From Mucilaginibacter sp. (lineage in GTDB: Bacteria > Bacteroidota > Bacteroidia > Sphingobacteriales > Sphingobacteriaceae), in contig DATJJI010000163.1 of the NCBI GenBank assembly GCA_035492275.1, positions 3,141 through 67,140 of the forward strand: a DNA stretch of 64,000 bases, written 5' to 3'. How positions within the stretch are numbered: position 1 is the first letter of the stretch; each line of letters starts with the position of its first letter. The notes beneath the pieces were generated by a model, which ran no database searches, was not told the DNA's origin, and saw only the letters and a program-made list of their open reading frames with translations. The position numbers and the translations under genes were made by a program. Shown one piece after another: positions 37,945 through 48,506 of this stretch.

Positions 37945-39483
37945 CTACCCCGCCCAGCCCTCTCTGTCCAAACTCCTGAAATGTATGGCTTCGGCCAGGT
38001 GTTCCAGTTGAATATCTTCGCTCCCGGCCAGGTCGGCTATGGTGCGCGATACTTTGAGGATGCGGTCGTAAGCCCGGGCAGATAGTCCCAGCTTTTCCAT
38101 CGCTTTTTTGAGCAGATTTTGCCCGGCCTCGCTGATCCTGCATAGGTCGCGCACCATTTGCGGGCTCATCTGGGCATTGGCGTGCAGATCAGGTTTGGCG
38201 CCGAAACGTTTTATCTGTACCTCGCGCGCTTTGATGACTCGGTCGCGGATGTGTTCGCTTTTTTCTGTTAACCGTTCGGATGCCAGCTCATTAAAATTTA
38301 CCGGTGTTACCTCTACATGCAGGTCGATACGATCTAACAGCGGGCCCGAAATTTTGCTCAAATATTTCTGCACCATCCCCGGCGGGCAAATGCATTCCTT
38401 TTCCGGGTGATTATAATAGCCGCATGGGCATGGGTTCATACTGGCTACCAACATAAAGCTGCTGGGGTAATCCACCGTAAATTTGGCTCTTGATATAGTT
38501 ACCCGGCGCTCCTCCAGCGGTTGGCGCATTACCTCGAGCGCGCTTCGTTTAAACTCGGGCAGCTCATCCAAAAATAAAACCCCGTTATGCGCCAGTGATA
38601 TTTCGCCGGGCTGCGGGTTGCCGCCACCACCTACTAAAGCCACGTCGCTGATAGTATGGTGCGGCGAGCGGAATGGCCTGATGGTCACCAGCGCATCGGC
38701 GGCCGATAACTTACCCGCTACCGAGTGTATCTTAGTGGTCTCTAACGATTCATGTAAACTCAGCGGCGGCAGTATAGATGGCAGCCTGCGTGCCAGCATG
38801 GTTTTGCCCGCCCCCGGCGGACCGATCAGTATCACATTATGGCCACCCGCGGCAGCAATCTCTAAAGCGCGTTTTATGTTTTCCTGCCCCTTTACTTCGC
38901 TAAAGTCGCTGTCGTAATTGCAAAGGCTGTTGTAAAATTCTTCGCGGGTGTTTACCTGCTCGCGGGGCAGTTCTAAATCGCCATTGAAAAATCCGGCTAC
39001 CTCTTTAATGCTTTCCACACCGTAAACTTCCAGATCGTTCACAATGGCGGCCTCTCGGGCGTTTTGTTTGGGCAGGATGAAGCCTTTAAAGCCGTCTTTG
39101 CGGGCTTGAATAGCAATGGGTAAAGCGCCTTTTATAGGCTGCAGCCCGCCATCAAGCGAAAGCTCGCCCATGATGAGGTATTTATCCAGGTTTTCGGGCT
39201 CTAACTGGCCCGACGCGGCTAATACACCGGTGGCAATGGTCAGGTCGTAAGATTAGCCTTCTTTTTTAATATCGGCCGGAGCCATGTTAACTACCACTTG
39301 CTGGCGCGGCATACGGAAACCACAGTTTTTTAACGCCGATTCGATACGGAAATAGCTTTCTTTAACCGCGATATCGGGCAGGCCTACAATAAAGTATTTG
39401 GTGCCGGCGGCAATATTTACCTCAACCGTAATAGTTATGGCCTCAATGCCATAAACCGCGCTGCCGAATGTTTTAACTAACAC
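37945..39483 (-). pseudogene. comM: ComM/YifB Mg-chelatase-like AAA+ ATPase interrupted by an in-frame TAA
   Basis: ...[18 protein letters not shown]...MGELSLDG reads in one frame across TAA at 39255-39253. Walker [36 protein letters not shown]. Confidence 0.9.
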
Positions 39484-39572
39484 TTATGATAATAATTTAG
39501 ATAAGCGTAAGATATAGATTTTATTCGGCGCTGTAAAGTGTTTGGTATTTGTTGGTGATAAAAAGAATATTG

Positions 39573-39670
39573 TTCCCCTCTTGAGAGGGGGCGCGTTGGC
39601 AGGTGCGGTTACAGGAGTGTGTTATACCCGCGAAAGGACACACCCCTACCCCCCTCTCAAGAGGGGAATC
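39573..39670. repeat. REP-like inverted repeat (TTCCCCTCTTGAGAGGGG / CCCCTCTCAAGAGGGGAA)
   Basis: 18-bp inverted arms, each itself a hairpin. Confidence 0.8.
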
Positions 39671-39698
39671 GCACGGCCCAGCTTTTTTTTGTGTTAAG

Positions 39699-41282
39699 TT
39701 AATTTCCCGTAACGGTAAAGCTTGCCAGCAGGTTTACATTAGGGTCTGCCTGTAGGTTAGTCGGCTTTGAAGCAATAGTAAAATCTGTTGTGCTAACCGT
39801 ATTTTTTATGTTGATGGTGTATATATGCCCGTCTACGGCTACTTCTAAAGGCATAACGTAACTATTTTTCTGTTTTTGGGTGATCTGTATGTTGAGCCTG
39901 TGCGTATTGTTATCGTACTTCCATACAATCCCCAGATCAGGGTGCCCGGCCGTATGGAGCCATTGCTTAAAAAACAGCGCCAGGTTTTGTCCGCTAACCT
40001 GCTCCATCACCCGGCGAAAATCAGTAGTATTGGCATTGCCGCCTTTATATTTGGCGTAATAAGCGCTTATGCCTTTCCAGAAAGCCGTGTCGCCTAATTT
40101 GCGGCGCAGCATGTGCAATGCCCAGGCGCCTTTTTCATAACTATTGGCGTTAAGCAAAGGCATAAAATTATCTTTTACCGCCGAATCAACAACCGGGGTA
40201 AATCTTTGCTTTTCAAACGCTATCACTTTGCGCCTGTCGGCATCCATTCGTTTTTTTAGGGTATCGATGCCGTATTTGTTTTCGAGGTAATAGTTGGTCA
40301 AATACGTTGCAAAGCCTTCGCTGAGCCACAGGTGATGAAAATCTTTTTCGCTCACGGCATCGCCAAACCATTGATGGGCAATTTCGTGCGCCATTAGTTC
40401 TTCTATCCCCCTGTCGCCAACCGAGTTTTCGAAATAGAAAATGGCGCTGGCGTTCTCCATCCCGCCAAATATGGTTTTTGATTGCACATTGGCCAGTTTT
40501 TGATAAGCGTACTGACCAATTTTACCCATATAAAACGGCAAAATATCAGCCGCTACGGCATAGCTTTTAAATCCTATATCCTTGTTTTCGGGAAACACAT
40601 AGGTATAAACCGGTATGCCATTCACATCTTTGGGATGGTCAATGGCAAAATCAGCCACGCCAATTACCATTACTTTGGTGGGCAGCTGCGCGGTTTCTTT
40701 CCAATGGGTAAGTTTGAGCTGGTTGGGCAGTTTTGTTTCGCTAACTTTTAATCCGTTGGCAACAACCTGGTAATAATCGGGCGCGGTAATGATGAAATCA
40801 ACCGGGGCCTTATCGGCGGGTTCATCAACACAGGGCAGCCAGTTGTGGGCACGGTTGGGCCAGTTATCGCCAAAAAAAGCACGGTGGTTAAATTTATTGG
40901 TAGATATAATGAGGCCATCGGCAGGTATGCCTTCATAAATAATGGAGTAGGTTTTTTGTGTGCCGGTGGTTAGATGGGTGTTTATTTTTACATCATCACT
41001 ATCCTGCCTAAAGGTTATTGGCTTGCCTCCTTCCAGCACCCGGCTTACCAGCATGCCTTTACCGGCCGCGTTCTTTTTTACCAGGTCGATGTTAAATGAG
41101 CTACTGTTTTTTAATGCTTTTATGGTTATGTCAGCTTTGCCTTTTATTATATTATCCTCGTCGTTTAGCTGTAGGGCGAAGGTATAGTGCTGTACGTCAA
41201 TTGTTGCACCGAGAATCTGAGCCTTAGCTGATAAATAAAAAAAGGTACACCCTAAAAGTAAATATGTGTGCCGTGTCTTCAT
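39699..41282 (-). CDS. M1-family zinc aminopeptidase
   Basis: GGMEN, HEIAHQWFG...LSEGFATY, YEKGAWALHMLR. Confidence 0.93.
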   Translation of the reverse strand: MKTRHTYLLLGCTFFYLSAKAQILGATIDVQHYTFALQLNDEDNIIKGKADITIKALKNSSSFNIDLVKKNAAGKGMLVSRVLEGGKPITFRQDSDDVKINTHLTTGTQKTYSIIYEGIPADGLIISTNKFNHRAFFGDNWPNRAHNWLPCVDEPADKAPVDFIITAPDYYQVVANGLKVSETKLPNQLKLTHWKETAQLPTKVMVIGVADFAIDHPKDVNGIPVYTYVFPENKDIGFKSYAVAADILPFYMGKIGQYAYQKLANVQSKTIFGGMENASAIFYFENSVGDRGIEELMAHEIAHQWFGDAVSEKDFHHLWLSEGFATYLTNYYLENKYGIDTLKKRMDADRRKVIAFEKQRFTPVVDSAVKDNFMPLLNANSYEKGAWALHMLRRKLGDTAFWKGISAYYAKYKGGNANTTDFRRVMEQVSGQNLALFFKQWLHTAGHPDLGIVWKYDNNTHRLNIQITQKQKNSYVMPLEVAVDGHIYTINIKNTVSTTDFTIASKPTNLQADPNVNLLASFTVTGN

Positions 41283-41389
41283 AAATTACAAACTATCGCG
41301 CTAAGTCAATTTGTTTACATACAAAATCGGCGATTTGCCGTTTTTATTAATTTTTAGCTTTATAAAGCTATTCAGTAAACAGTACTAAA

Positions 41390-43108
41390 TTATTTTAACC
41401 TTACCAAGGTACGATCATCTGGGCTTTTACAATTCCCTTCCACCTGGTATGTTTGTGTTCTGCCAATTGTATCTCTAACAGTAAACCTGATCTTAAAGTC
41501 GTTACCATTTTTTACGGTGCCGCTTATTTCGAACCCGGGCGCATTCTCATACAATGTTGATGGCAAATGCTTTGGTATAGTCGTTTCAAACGCTATATCA
41601 CCGCCAACAGATTGTATGCTTATCAAATCGGCAGCCCAGCCCGTGTTTTTCAAGCCAACGTGCAAATAATGTTCGCCATATCCATTTGCCCCACTTAACG
41701 TTATATGGGTCATGAAATATGTTTCAATATTGTTAATGCAATATTTTTTATTGTTTACAATTAACTCTTTTCTGTCTTTTTGTTCTATCTGGAAGTTTGA
41801 ATTAATGGCATCCTGTAGTTGCTGCCGGCTAAAAGTAACTTGCTGAAAGGTTTCTTTAAACATTTTGTACAGGTGCTCTATTCTTGTTTGTGAAATCTCT
41901 CGTGAGTCTCCTGCATCAACAAAAGAAAACGTTATGCTATCTTTTTTAACCTTTTCAACTTTTAAAAACACACCTTTCAGGCTGAAAAATCCATATTCAT
42001 CGAACTCTTTCAATTCATAAAAATCATTGGTGTTTACTTCTCCTAATTTTTTGATCAGGTTTTCGTTCTCTTTCCGTTGTTTCGAATGATATTTAAATAT
42101 TTGATATTGTGCGCTACCAAAACTATAAGCTCCCCACAATAATAAGCCTGCGGGTATGATAAGAAAATAAAATTTACCCTAAACACCCTCCCGTTTTTCA
42201 TTAACTACAGCAGTACCCGACCATCGGTCGTGCCATGGGCGGGCACCGTCAAATGCTGAAAAGGCCTCGAAAGGCACAAATCTTGCAACCGTTCTTCCTG
42301 ATATTACTTTAAAGGACGGATGACTGCCATCGTGCATTATAACGCGGGTTTCGGTAAGCAGCTTTCCTGGTGTTGCACCCAGCAACAACTCAAAAAACAT
42401 GTAATATAATGAGCGGCAAACACCTACAACCACGAACAGGGCTATTTTATCGTTAGTTGCGGCCTGTAGCTTCATAAGTATATTATCGAAATGATTGCTG
42501 CTGACGAGAGATAAGATAAACGGCGAAAATATTAGTATACAAATCATTACATCAACAAGTAAGTTCATAAATCGCTTACCCAAAGATGCGGAGACATAGG
42601 TTTCTGATACCACATCGCCGTACACGTTCGTATCTATATCGAGCGACTTTTCTACTTTGCAATAGGTTAATCCTTTGTAGGCTACCCAAATCCAAAGCAG
42701 CCGAGCAACAAGATAAAATAGAAATAGTAAGAATGATTCATTGTAGCCGTCGGTTTGAATGCCGCTACTGGTTAACCGGTGACAGATTGCATAAACTGTA
42801 AATAGCCCCTTGTCGAATAATATTATGGCGAAAACAAAGCGGATAAGTCGGGCTTCCCGGCCTTTTGATAAGGCAAACAAGGCGGCACCTAACAACAATA
42901 AAAAATAAACTAATATGTTAAGTGCCTGTGCCCCTAAATATCCATTATTATTGGATGAAAGCCACGAAAGATTAAGCGGGTTAATTGCACCGAATAAAAA
43001 ATATAATATACGGGAGCTTAAAAAATTGGTATAGGAAATTAGACCTAAACCCGAAACAACAAAGGCAATAACTGTTATACTTTTTGCAGAAATTGGTTTG
43101 TTTAACAT
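41390..43108 (-). pseudogene. RDD-family membrane protein interrupted by an in-frame TAG
   Basis: RDD motifs (KRFMNLLVD, TPGK, R..RFVPFE, WHDRWSGT.VV). ...EKREGV*GKFYFLIIPAGLLLWGAY... continues in frame across TAG at 42181-42179 into ORF 41390-42139. Confidence 0.75.
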
Positions 43109-43126
43109 ATGTTTATATTATAAGGA

Positions 43127-44452
43127 CTATCTCGGCATCCGCTTCATCATGCTGGCCATGGCTGCCGGGTTGCTCATTTGCTTCATCACCTTACGCATAT
43201 CCTCAAACTGTTTAATGAGGCGGTTTACCTCGGTAAGGTCGGTGCCCGAGCCTTTGGCTATACGGTTACGGCGGCTTTGGTTAATGCTGTCCGGGTTTTC
43301 TTTTTCGTGCGGGGTCATGGATTGAATGATGGCTTCGATATTTTTAAAGGCATCGTCCTGTATCTCTACATCTTTCATCATTTTGCCCACGCCGGGTATC
43401 ATGCCCATCAGATCTTTCATGTTACCCATTTTTTTGATCTGCTGTATCTGGCTGTAAAAATCGTTAAAGTCGAATTTATTTTTGCGGATCTTCTTTTGCA
43501 GCTCGGCGGCTTCTTTCTCGTCAAACTGCATCTGCGCGCGCTCCACCAACGATACCACGTCGCCCATGCCCAAAATACGGCTGGCCATACGGTCGGGGTG
43601 AAAAACGTCTATCGCTTCCATCTTTTCGCCGGTACCAATAAACTTGATGGGTTTATTTACGACAGATTTGATAGAAAGCGCCGCGCCACCACGAGTATCG
43701 CCATCCAGCTTGGTTAATACCACACCGGTAAAGTCAAGGCGATCGTTAAATACTTTGGCGGTGTTTACGGCATCCTGGCCGGTCATCGAATCCACCACAA
43801 ACAAGATCTCCTGCGGATTCACAGCAGCTTTTACCTGCTCAATCTCTACCATCATAGCCTCATCAATAGCTAAACGGCCGGCGGTATCAATGATGACCAC
43901 GTTATGGCCGTTCTGTTTGGCAAAGGCAATACCTTCTTTGGCAATGCCAACCGGGTCTTTCGATTCGCGGTTCACAAATACCGGCACACCTATCTGCTCG
44001 CCCAACACCTGCAGCTGATCAATAGCCGCCGGGCGGTAAATATCATCGGCAACCAATAATGGTTTTTTGTTTTTTTGTGTCTTTAAAAAATTAGCCAGCT
44101 TACCGGTAAAAGTAGTTTTACCCGCGCCGTTCAAGCCTGCTATCAATATAATGGTTGGCGATGACGTAAGGTTCAGGTCGGCTGTGGTGCCGCCCATTAA
44201 TGCCGCCAGCTCATCGTTCATGAGCTTGGTAAGCAGTTGCCCCGGCGAAACGGCGGTTAATACGTTAGCACCTATGGCTTTTTGCTTTACATCATCCGTA
44301 AAGGCTTTCGCGGTTTTATAGTTAACGTCGGCATCCAGAAGGGCTTTGCGTATTTCCTTCATGGTCTCGGCCACGTTTATTTCTGTAATGGTTCCCTGTC
44401 CCTTCAGGACCTTAAACGCCCTGTCGAGTTTATCCGATAGATTTTCAAACAT
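43127..44452 (-). CDS. ffh: Signal recognition particle protein Ffh
   Basis: GLNGAGKTT, DTAGR, TKLDGDTRGGAALS, Met-rich M domain. Confidence 0.98.
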   Translation of the reverse strand: MFENLSDKLDRAFKVLKGQGTITEINVAETMKEIRKALLDADVNYKTAKAFTDDVKQKAIGANVLTAVSPGQLLTKLMNDELAALMGGTTADLNLTSSPTIILIAGLNGAGKTTFTGKLANFLKTQKNKKPLLVADDIYRPAAIDQLQVLGEQIGVPVFVNRESKDPVGIAKEGIAFAKQNGHNVVIIDTAGRLAIDEAMMVEIEQVKAAVNPQEILFVVDSMTGQDAVNTAKVFNDRLDFTGVVLTKLDGDTRGGAALSIKSVVNKPIKFIGTGEKMEAIDVFHPDRMASRILGMGDVVSLVERAQMQFDEKEAAELQKKIRKNKFDFNDFYSQIQQIKKMGNMKDLMGMIPGVGKMMKDVEIQDDAFKNIEAIIQSMTPHEKENPDSINQSRRNRIAKGSGTDLTEVNRLIKQFEDMRKVMKQMSNPAAMASMMKRMPR

Positions 44453-44508
44453 TATCTTTTATACTCCAGTTTTTTAGAGTTACAAAGTTATGATTTTGAA
44501 GCGAGTTT

Positions 44509-45522
44509 TTATGGAAAACTATAGGCTATCCCCAAAGCCAAACCTTCTGTTCCCTGCGGTTGGGTAGGCAGGCTTTTATCGGGCGACGCGCTTTTGTCAT
44601 ATAGCAGCGTTCCGTTCATGGTTACATTGATTAAACGGTTCACTTTCGCGGTTAGCGTGGCGTCAATACGGTGGCTCACATAGGCGAGCGATTGCTGGTA
44701 AGGTACAAACAGGGCATAACGGGCGTTAATGTGCAGGTTCTTCATCAGGTCCTTATCTACCGTAGCCACTACCTGAAAAGCGAGGTCGTTCCTGAAAGTA
44801 TGCCCCGGGCCCACGTTATAGTTAGCGGCCAGGTTATGATAGATAGTGGTATCGCGCACAAAAGTTTGGCGGGCGGTGCCCGTACCTATACGCAGGTCGA
44901 AATATTTTACCGGCTTGTACTCAAAACCCAGCGATTCGGTCAGGTAACCTGGCGCTAAAAAGTTTGATATCAGCTGCGGGGTACCGTCGGCTAAATATTG
45001 GTAACCGCGGTCAAACTGCGATTCAAAGCTCAGCGAGCCGAAAAAGAACCAGTGTTTTGATAATTGTGTGGCTATCTTATTATCAAAAAATATCCGGTCA
45101 TTCGTTTTTCGTGAACCCTGGCCTTTATTTTTTGAGATACCGTAAATGAGGTTCAGTTCCGAGGTGTAATCAAACGGAGCCTTATTGTATTCAGTTTTAT
45201 AATCAAAATTGGTTCCTAAAGCAACCGCGCTCACACCACCGGCGCTGTAATTTTTACTAAATGCCGATTGGCTAAAGTTTAACGCGAAGGTGATCCATTT
45301 GTGCCAATAATTAACGTGATAATCCAGCATGGAAACAGGTACCAGTTCGGGCTGTATCTGTAAGGCACGCACACGTACCGGCAAGGCGTTTTTTGGCGGA
45401 TCTATACGGTATCTGTTCAGTAACGCGGTATCTATTTTAACACTATCGGTTTTTTGTGCCGATGCAGATAGTGCGGCAAATAATATCACCAGGAAAACAA
45501 CTGCGTATCTTAGTTTTAACAT
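44509..45522 (-). CDS. DUF3078-family outer-membrane protein
   Basis: SQSAFS.N..AGG, RKTNDRI, F.APGYL..SLGFEYKP. Confidence 0.85.
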   Translation of the reverse strand: MLKLRYAVVFLVILFAALSASAQKTDSVKIDTALLNRYRIDPPKNALPVRVRALQIQPELVPVSMLDYHVNYWHKWITFALNFSQSAFSKNYSAGGVSAVALGTNFDYKTEYNKAPFDYTSELNLIYGISKNKGQGSRKTNDRIFFDNKIATQLSKHWFFFGSLSFESQFDRGYQYLADGTPQLISNFLAPGYLTESLGFEYKPVKYFDLRIGTGTARQTFVRDTTIYHNLAANYNVGPGHTFRNDLAFQVVATVDKDLMKNLHINARYALFVPYQQSLAYVSHRIDATLTAKVNRLINVTMNGTLLYDKSASPDKSLPTQPQGTEGLALGIAYSFP

Positions 45523-45596
45523 GGGTATGCAAAGAAACGCAATTTTATTTTTTTCTTAAGCATTTCGTAATAACTCGGTTCAATTTTAATTTGCTG

Positions 45597-46160
45597 CTAA
45601 AAGTCTGTGGTTGTTTTGCCCATTTCGTTTTTTAGGGATAAAATAGCTTCTTGTATCAAACTATTGTTTTGAACCAATGTGTTTTTAGCTGCATTTTTTG
45701 TCCAGGACCATTTTTGGGTACCTAAAACCACTCCCAACACCTGTTCGATGTTAAAATTAGTACCACCAGAGTCGTAGTTGTTAGCCAGCATATTATAAAA
45801 TGAATACCTGTATTTATTATCCTTACACTCTATTTTAATGGTAACATGGTTGGCCCAATTCACGGTCTGGCCCAATCCCACACCAATGGTAAAATAAAAA
45901 ACACCCCGGCCAAATAGCAGCCCATCTTCCTTATCCTTGTTTTGTATAACGTCCTTCTGGCTATAAAAATAATCTATAAACCACTGTTGTGCGTTTCGGT
46001 ACAAATCATCTTTTGTTTTACCGGCTACTTCAACTACGCCGGTATAAATAACCTGACCCTCCTTTACGGGTACGTTCAAGCCTACCGTATCTTTATTTAT
46101 TTGTGCTTTTGCCGTAATAAACACCGAGATAAACGCAAGAGTAAAAATTAGTTGTTTCAT
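45597..46160 (-). CDS. DUF4468 (TBP-like fold) secreted protein
   Basis: P...G.V.Y..VVEV.GKTKDDLY..A..W, I.CKDNKYRY, C-terminal ..DF. Confidence 0.75.
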   Translation of the reverse strand: MKQLIFTLAFISVFITAKAQINKDTVGLNVPVKEGQVIYTGVVEVAGKTKDDLYRNAQQWFIDYFYSQKDVIQNKDKEDGLLFGRGVFYFTIGVGLGQTVNWANHVTIKIECKDNKYRYSFYNMLANNYDSGGTNFNIEQVLGVVLGTQKWSWTKNAAKNTLVQNNSLIQEAILSLKNEMGKTTTDF

Positions 46161-46255
46161 AAGAGATCGCTGTTTTAAATGGGTAAATTATAAAAAAATG
46201 GCTATTGGCCATAAGTAAATCTATGACACCACCAACCATTAATAGTTTAATAAAA

Positions 46256-47020
46256 CTATGGCGCCGGCTCGTTTTGTTTCCGTACCGGGTACAGTGGCTG
46301 TAAAGGGCGGGCACGTGTATTGCGCAAATACCGTTTATAGTTATTTTTTATAGACGATATAAATTCATACTCGGTAGCGTTGGTCACAAAAAAATAGCCG
46401 GGGCGGTATCGAACCATAAAATCGGCTAATTGCTTGTCCTTTAGCCCCGTTACACGGCCTACCAATGTTTTATTGAAACGGTAATCAATCACATCCTGGT
46501 GATAATCCAGCTCAATGGTTTCGCGTAAATGAGCCGCGTTGCGCCCAGACCGGCTTAACGAGTTCCATATGGCATCAATGCCCAGGCCAGCGCCGCCGCC
46601 TGGTGAAAGGGTTAAAAAATCCTTATCGGCCAGCGATCCGTAAGCCTTACCAAAATCGCGTTTATTTGCCGCCAGGCGTTTCTGCGGATCCATGGCGGTA
46701 TCTTTTATAGTAACCTCTTTTAATTGTATGGCTTTTGATTTCATGTATATGGCCAGCGGTATAAAATCTTTCACCTTAATCGTATCGGCAAAATGCTCGG
46801 TTTGGCTAAATATCAGCAGGTCGCCGGGTTTGGCATCAACCGCAAAAACACCATTCAGATTGTCGTAAACCGATTTGCCGGTGGTTGAATTCAGCACGTT
46901 TACTCTTGCCAGCCTATCTTTGGTATCGGTATCAAATATAATACCGGCCACCGAGGTTTCCTGGGCGAACACCTTTGTGGTAATTGTAAAGAATAAAAGC
47001 AGCAGTAGTACAGGTTTCAT
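46256..47020 (-). CDS. Hypothetical secreted protein with an N-terminal carboxypeptidase-regulatory-like domain
   Basis: Signal peptide, V.G.I.D.DTK..L..VNV, IQLKEVTI, F...YRP.Y. Confidence 0.7.
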   Translation of the reverse strand: MKPVLLLLLFFTITTKVFAQETSVAGIIFDTDTKDRLARVNVLNSTTGKSVYDNLNGVFAVDAKPGDLLIFSQTEHFADTIKVKDFIPLAIYMKSKAIQLKEVTIKDTAMDPQKRLAANKRDFGKAYGSLADKDFLTLSPGGGAGLGIDAIWNSLSRSGRNAAHLRETIELDYHQDVIDYRFNKTLVGRVTGLKDKQLADFMVRYRPGYFFVTNATEYEFISSIKNNYKRYLRNTRARPLQPLYPVRKQNEPAP

Positions 47021-47080
47021 TAAAAACTAAGCTAAAATTTAATCTTGTTGTGTTAAACTATTTAACACAAATTAACAGGA

Positions 47081-47944
47081 TTATTTAGCTATAACCAGTT
47101 TCTGGCCTATTTTGATGCTATTATCGGCCATGTTGTTTAGTGTTTTAAGTTCATCAACAGTCAACCCAAAACGTTTAGAAATGTTGTATAGTGTGTCGCC
47201 TGTCTTTACGGTGTATAATTTATTGTCGGGCGTGTTGTTTGTCAATGAGTCTTTGGTTGCCTTGCCAATGTTTTGGTTGATCTCGGTAAATACCCTGTCC
47301 TCGCGCTTAATTTTCTGTGCTTCGCCTTCAGGGCGGTCGTACTGGTCAAGGTTATATTTTTGAATGATGTTTATTAACAGCTGCGGATACTTGGGGTTAG
47401 TAGCGTAGCCTGCCTGCTTTAAACCATTTGCCCAGCCCACATAATCGTTTTTATCCAGCTCAAATAAAAAGGCGTAGCGTTTTCTTTTTAAAAAGTCGGA
47501 ATGGTCGCGGTACGAATCTTCGGGGTTATCATATACCCTGAAACAATCGTTCGTGTTATCATCATCCTTATAATAGCTTTTGCCTTTCCAGTCGCTGGTG
47601 CATTTTATGCCGAAGTGGTTGTTGGCAATTTTGGCCAGGTCGCCATTGCCGTTGCCCGACTCAAACAAACCCTGCGCCAGGGTAATGCTGGCCGGTATAC
47701 CGTACTGGTTCATTTCCTGTATGGCCACGCTTTTAAACCGCTCGATGTACGAAACCGCGGTATAGGCTGTATAGCTGGCAATAGCTGCGCTGTTTTGTTT
47801 TTGAATACTGTTGTTATTGCGCTTTGCTTCCCGGTTAGAGATGGAACTGCTACTACTTTTTTTCAAGGCAGAGCACGAGGTAAATAATACCGTGATGATG
47901 AATAAAAGGCTTGAATTACGCTTTAGGTGTTTGGCAAATATCAT
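47081..47944 (-). CDS. GH73 glucosaminidase lipoprotein with a LysM domain
   Basis: GIPASITLAQG..ES, NNHFGIKC, GYATNPKY; LysM YTVKTGDTLYNISKRF. Confidence 0.92.
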   Translation of the reverse strand: MIFAKHLKRNSSLLFIITVLFTSCSALKKSSSSSISNREAKRNNNSIQKQNSAAIASYTAYTAVSYIERFKSVAIQEMNQYGIPASITLAQGLFESGNGNGDLAKIANNHFGIKCTSDWKGKSYYKDDDNTNDCFRVYDNPEDSYRDHSDFLKRKRYAFLFELDKNDYVGWANGLKQAGYATNPKYPQLLINIIQKYNLDQYDRPEGEAQKIKREDRVFTEINQNIGKATKDSLTNNTPDNKLYTVKTGDTLYNISKRFGLTVDELKTLNNMADNSIKIGQKLVIAK

Positions 47945-47973
47945 TGCGCCAAATTAAGCTTTATTACCGAAAT

Positions 47974-48504
47974 TTATTTATTAGCCTGTGCCAGTTGTTT
48001 CTCTTCCGGCTTTTCGTCGAACTCGTTGAGCTGGTATTTGCGGATAATGCCTAATACCTGAGCGGCCCATTTGCGGCTGCTGGCATAGCCGCTGCGCTGA
48101 ATACCTTTAACCCATTTCTCATAATCGTACTGCGACAGATCGGATGCCAGGCGGCCAAGCTGCTGTCGCTGGGTAATGATACGGGCAAAATCATCGAACG
48201 ATTCTAATACCGAGTCGTATTTTTTATAGGCCGAGTGTACTTTCTTTTTGTTTTTATAGAAAACAGCGCCACCGCCGCCTTTTACCCCGAACTGGTTGTT
48301 CAGGTTTTTGGCTATCGTGCTGTTGCCGTTGCCCGACTCGTGCATGGCTATACCCAGTATAATGCTGGCAGGTATACCCGTTTCGTGCATAATACTTACG
48401 GCATTATCTTTGAACTGTTCGATGTATGATTGTGAAGTGTTCTTTTGGGCGAATACCGCAAAAGATGATAAGATCAACGTGGTAATCAGTAAGGTTTTCT
48501 TCAT
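47974..48504 (-). CDS. GH73 glucosaminidase (single domain)
   Basis: GIPASIILGIAMHESG, NNQFGVK, GYAS. Confidence 0.88.
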   Translation of the reverse strand: MKKTLLITTLILSSFAVFAQKNTSQSYIEQFKDNAVSIMHETGIPASIILGIAMHESGNGNSTIAKNLNNQFGVKGGGGAVFYKNKKKVHSAYKKYDSVLESFDDFARIITQRQQLGRLASDLSQYDYEKWVKGIQRSGYASSRKWAAQVLGIIRKYQLNEFDEKPEEKQLAQANK

Positions 48505-48506
48505 AA

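Noticed and set aside
37856-38143. N-terminal extension of the 277-aa ORF in the track
   Set aside because: Overlaps comM in another frame and crosses the repeat; the signal peptide starts at Met 37855.
39253-42181. Stop-codon reassignment explaining the in-frame TAA and TAG
   Set aside because: TAA and TAG terminate many intact genes in the window (e.g. HU, glmS, ffh); no suppressor tRNA seen.
43178-44321. Long antisense ORFs over ffh (similar ones over carB, comM, rne)
   Set aside because: Shadow frames of well-conserved genes with no motifs or start context.
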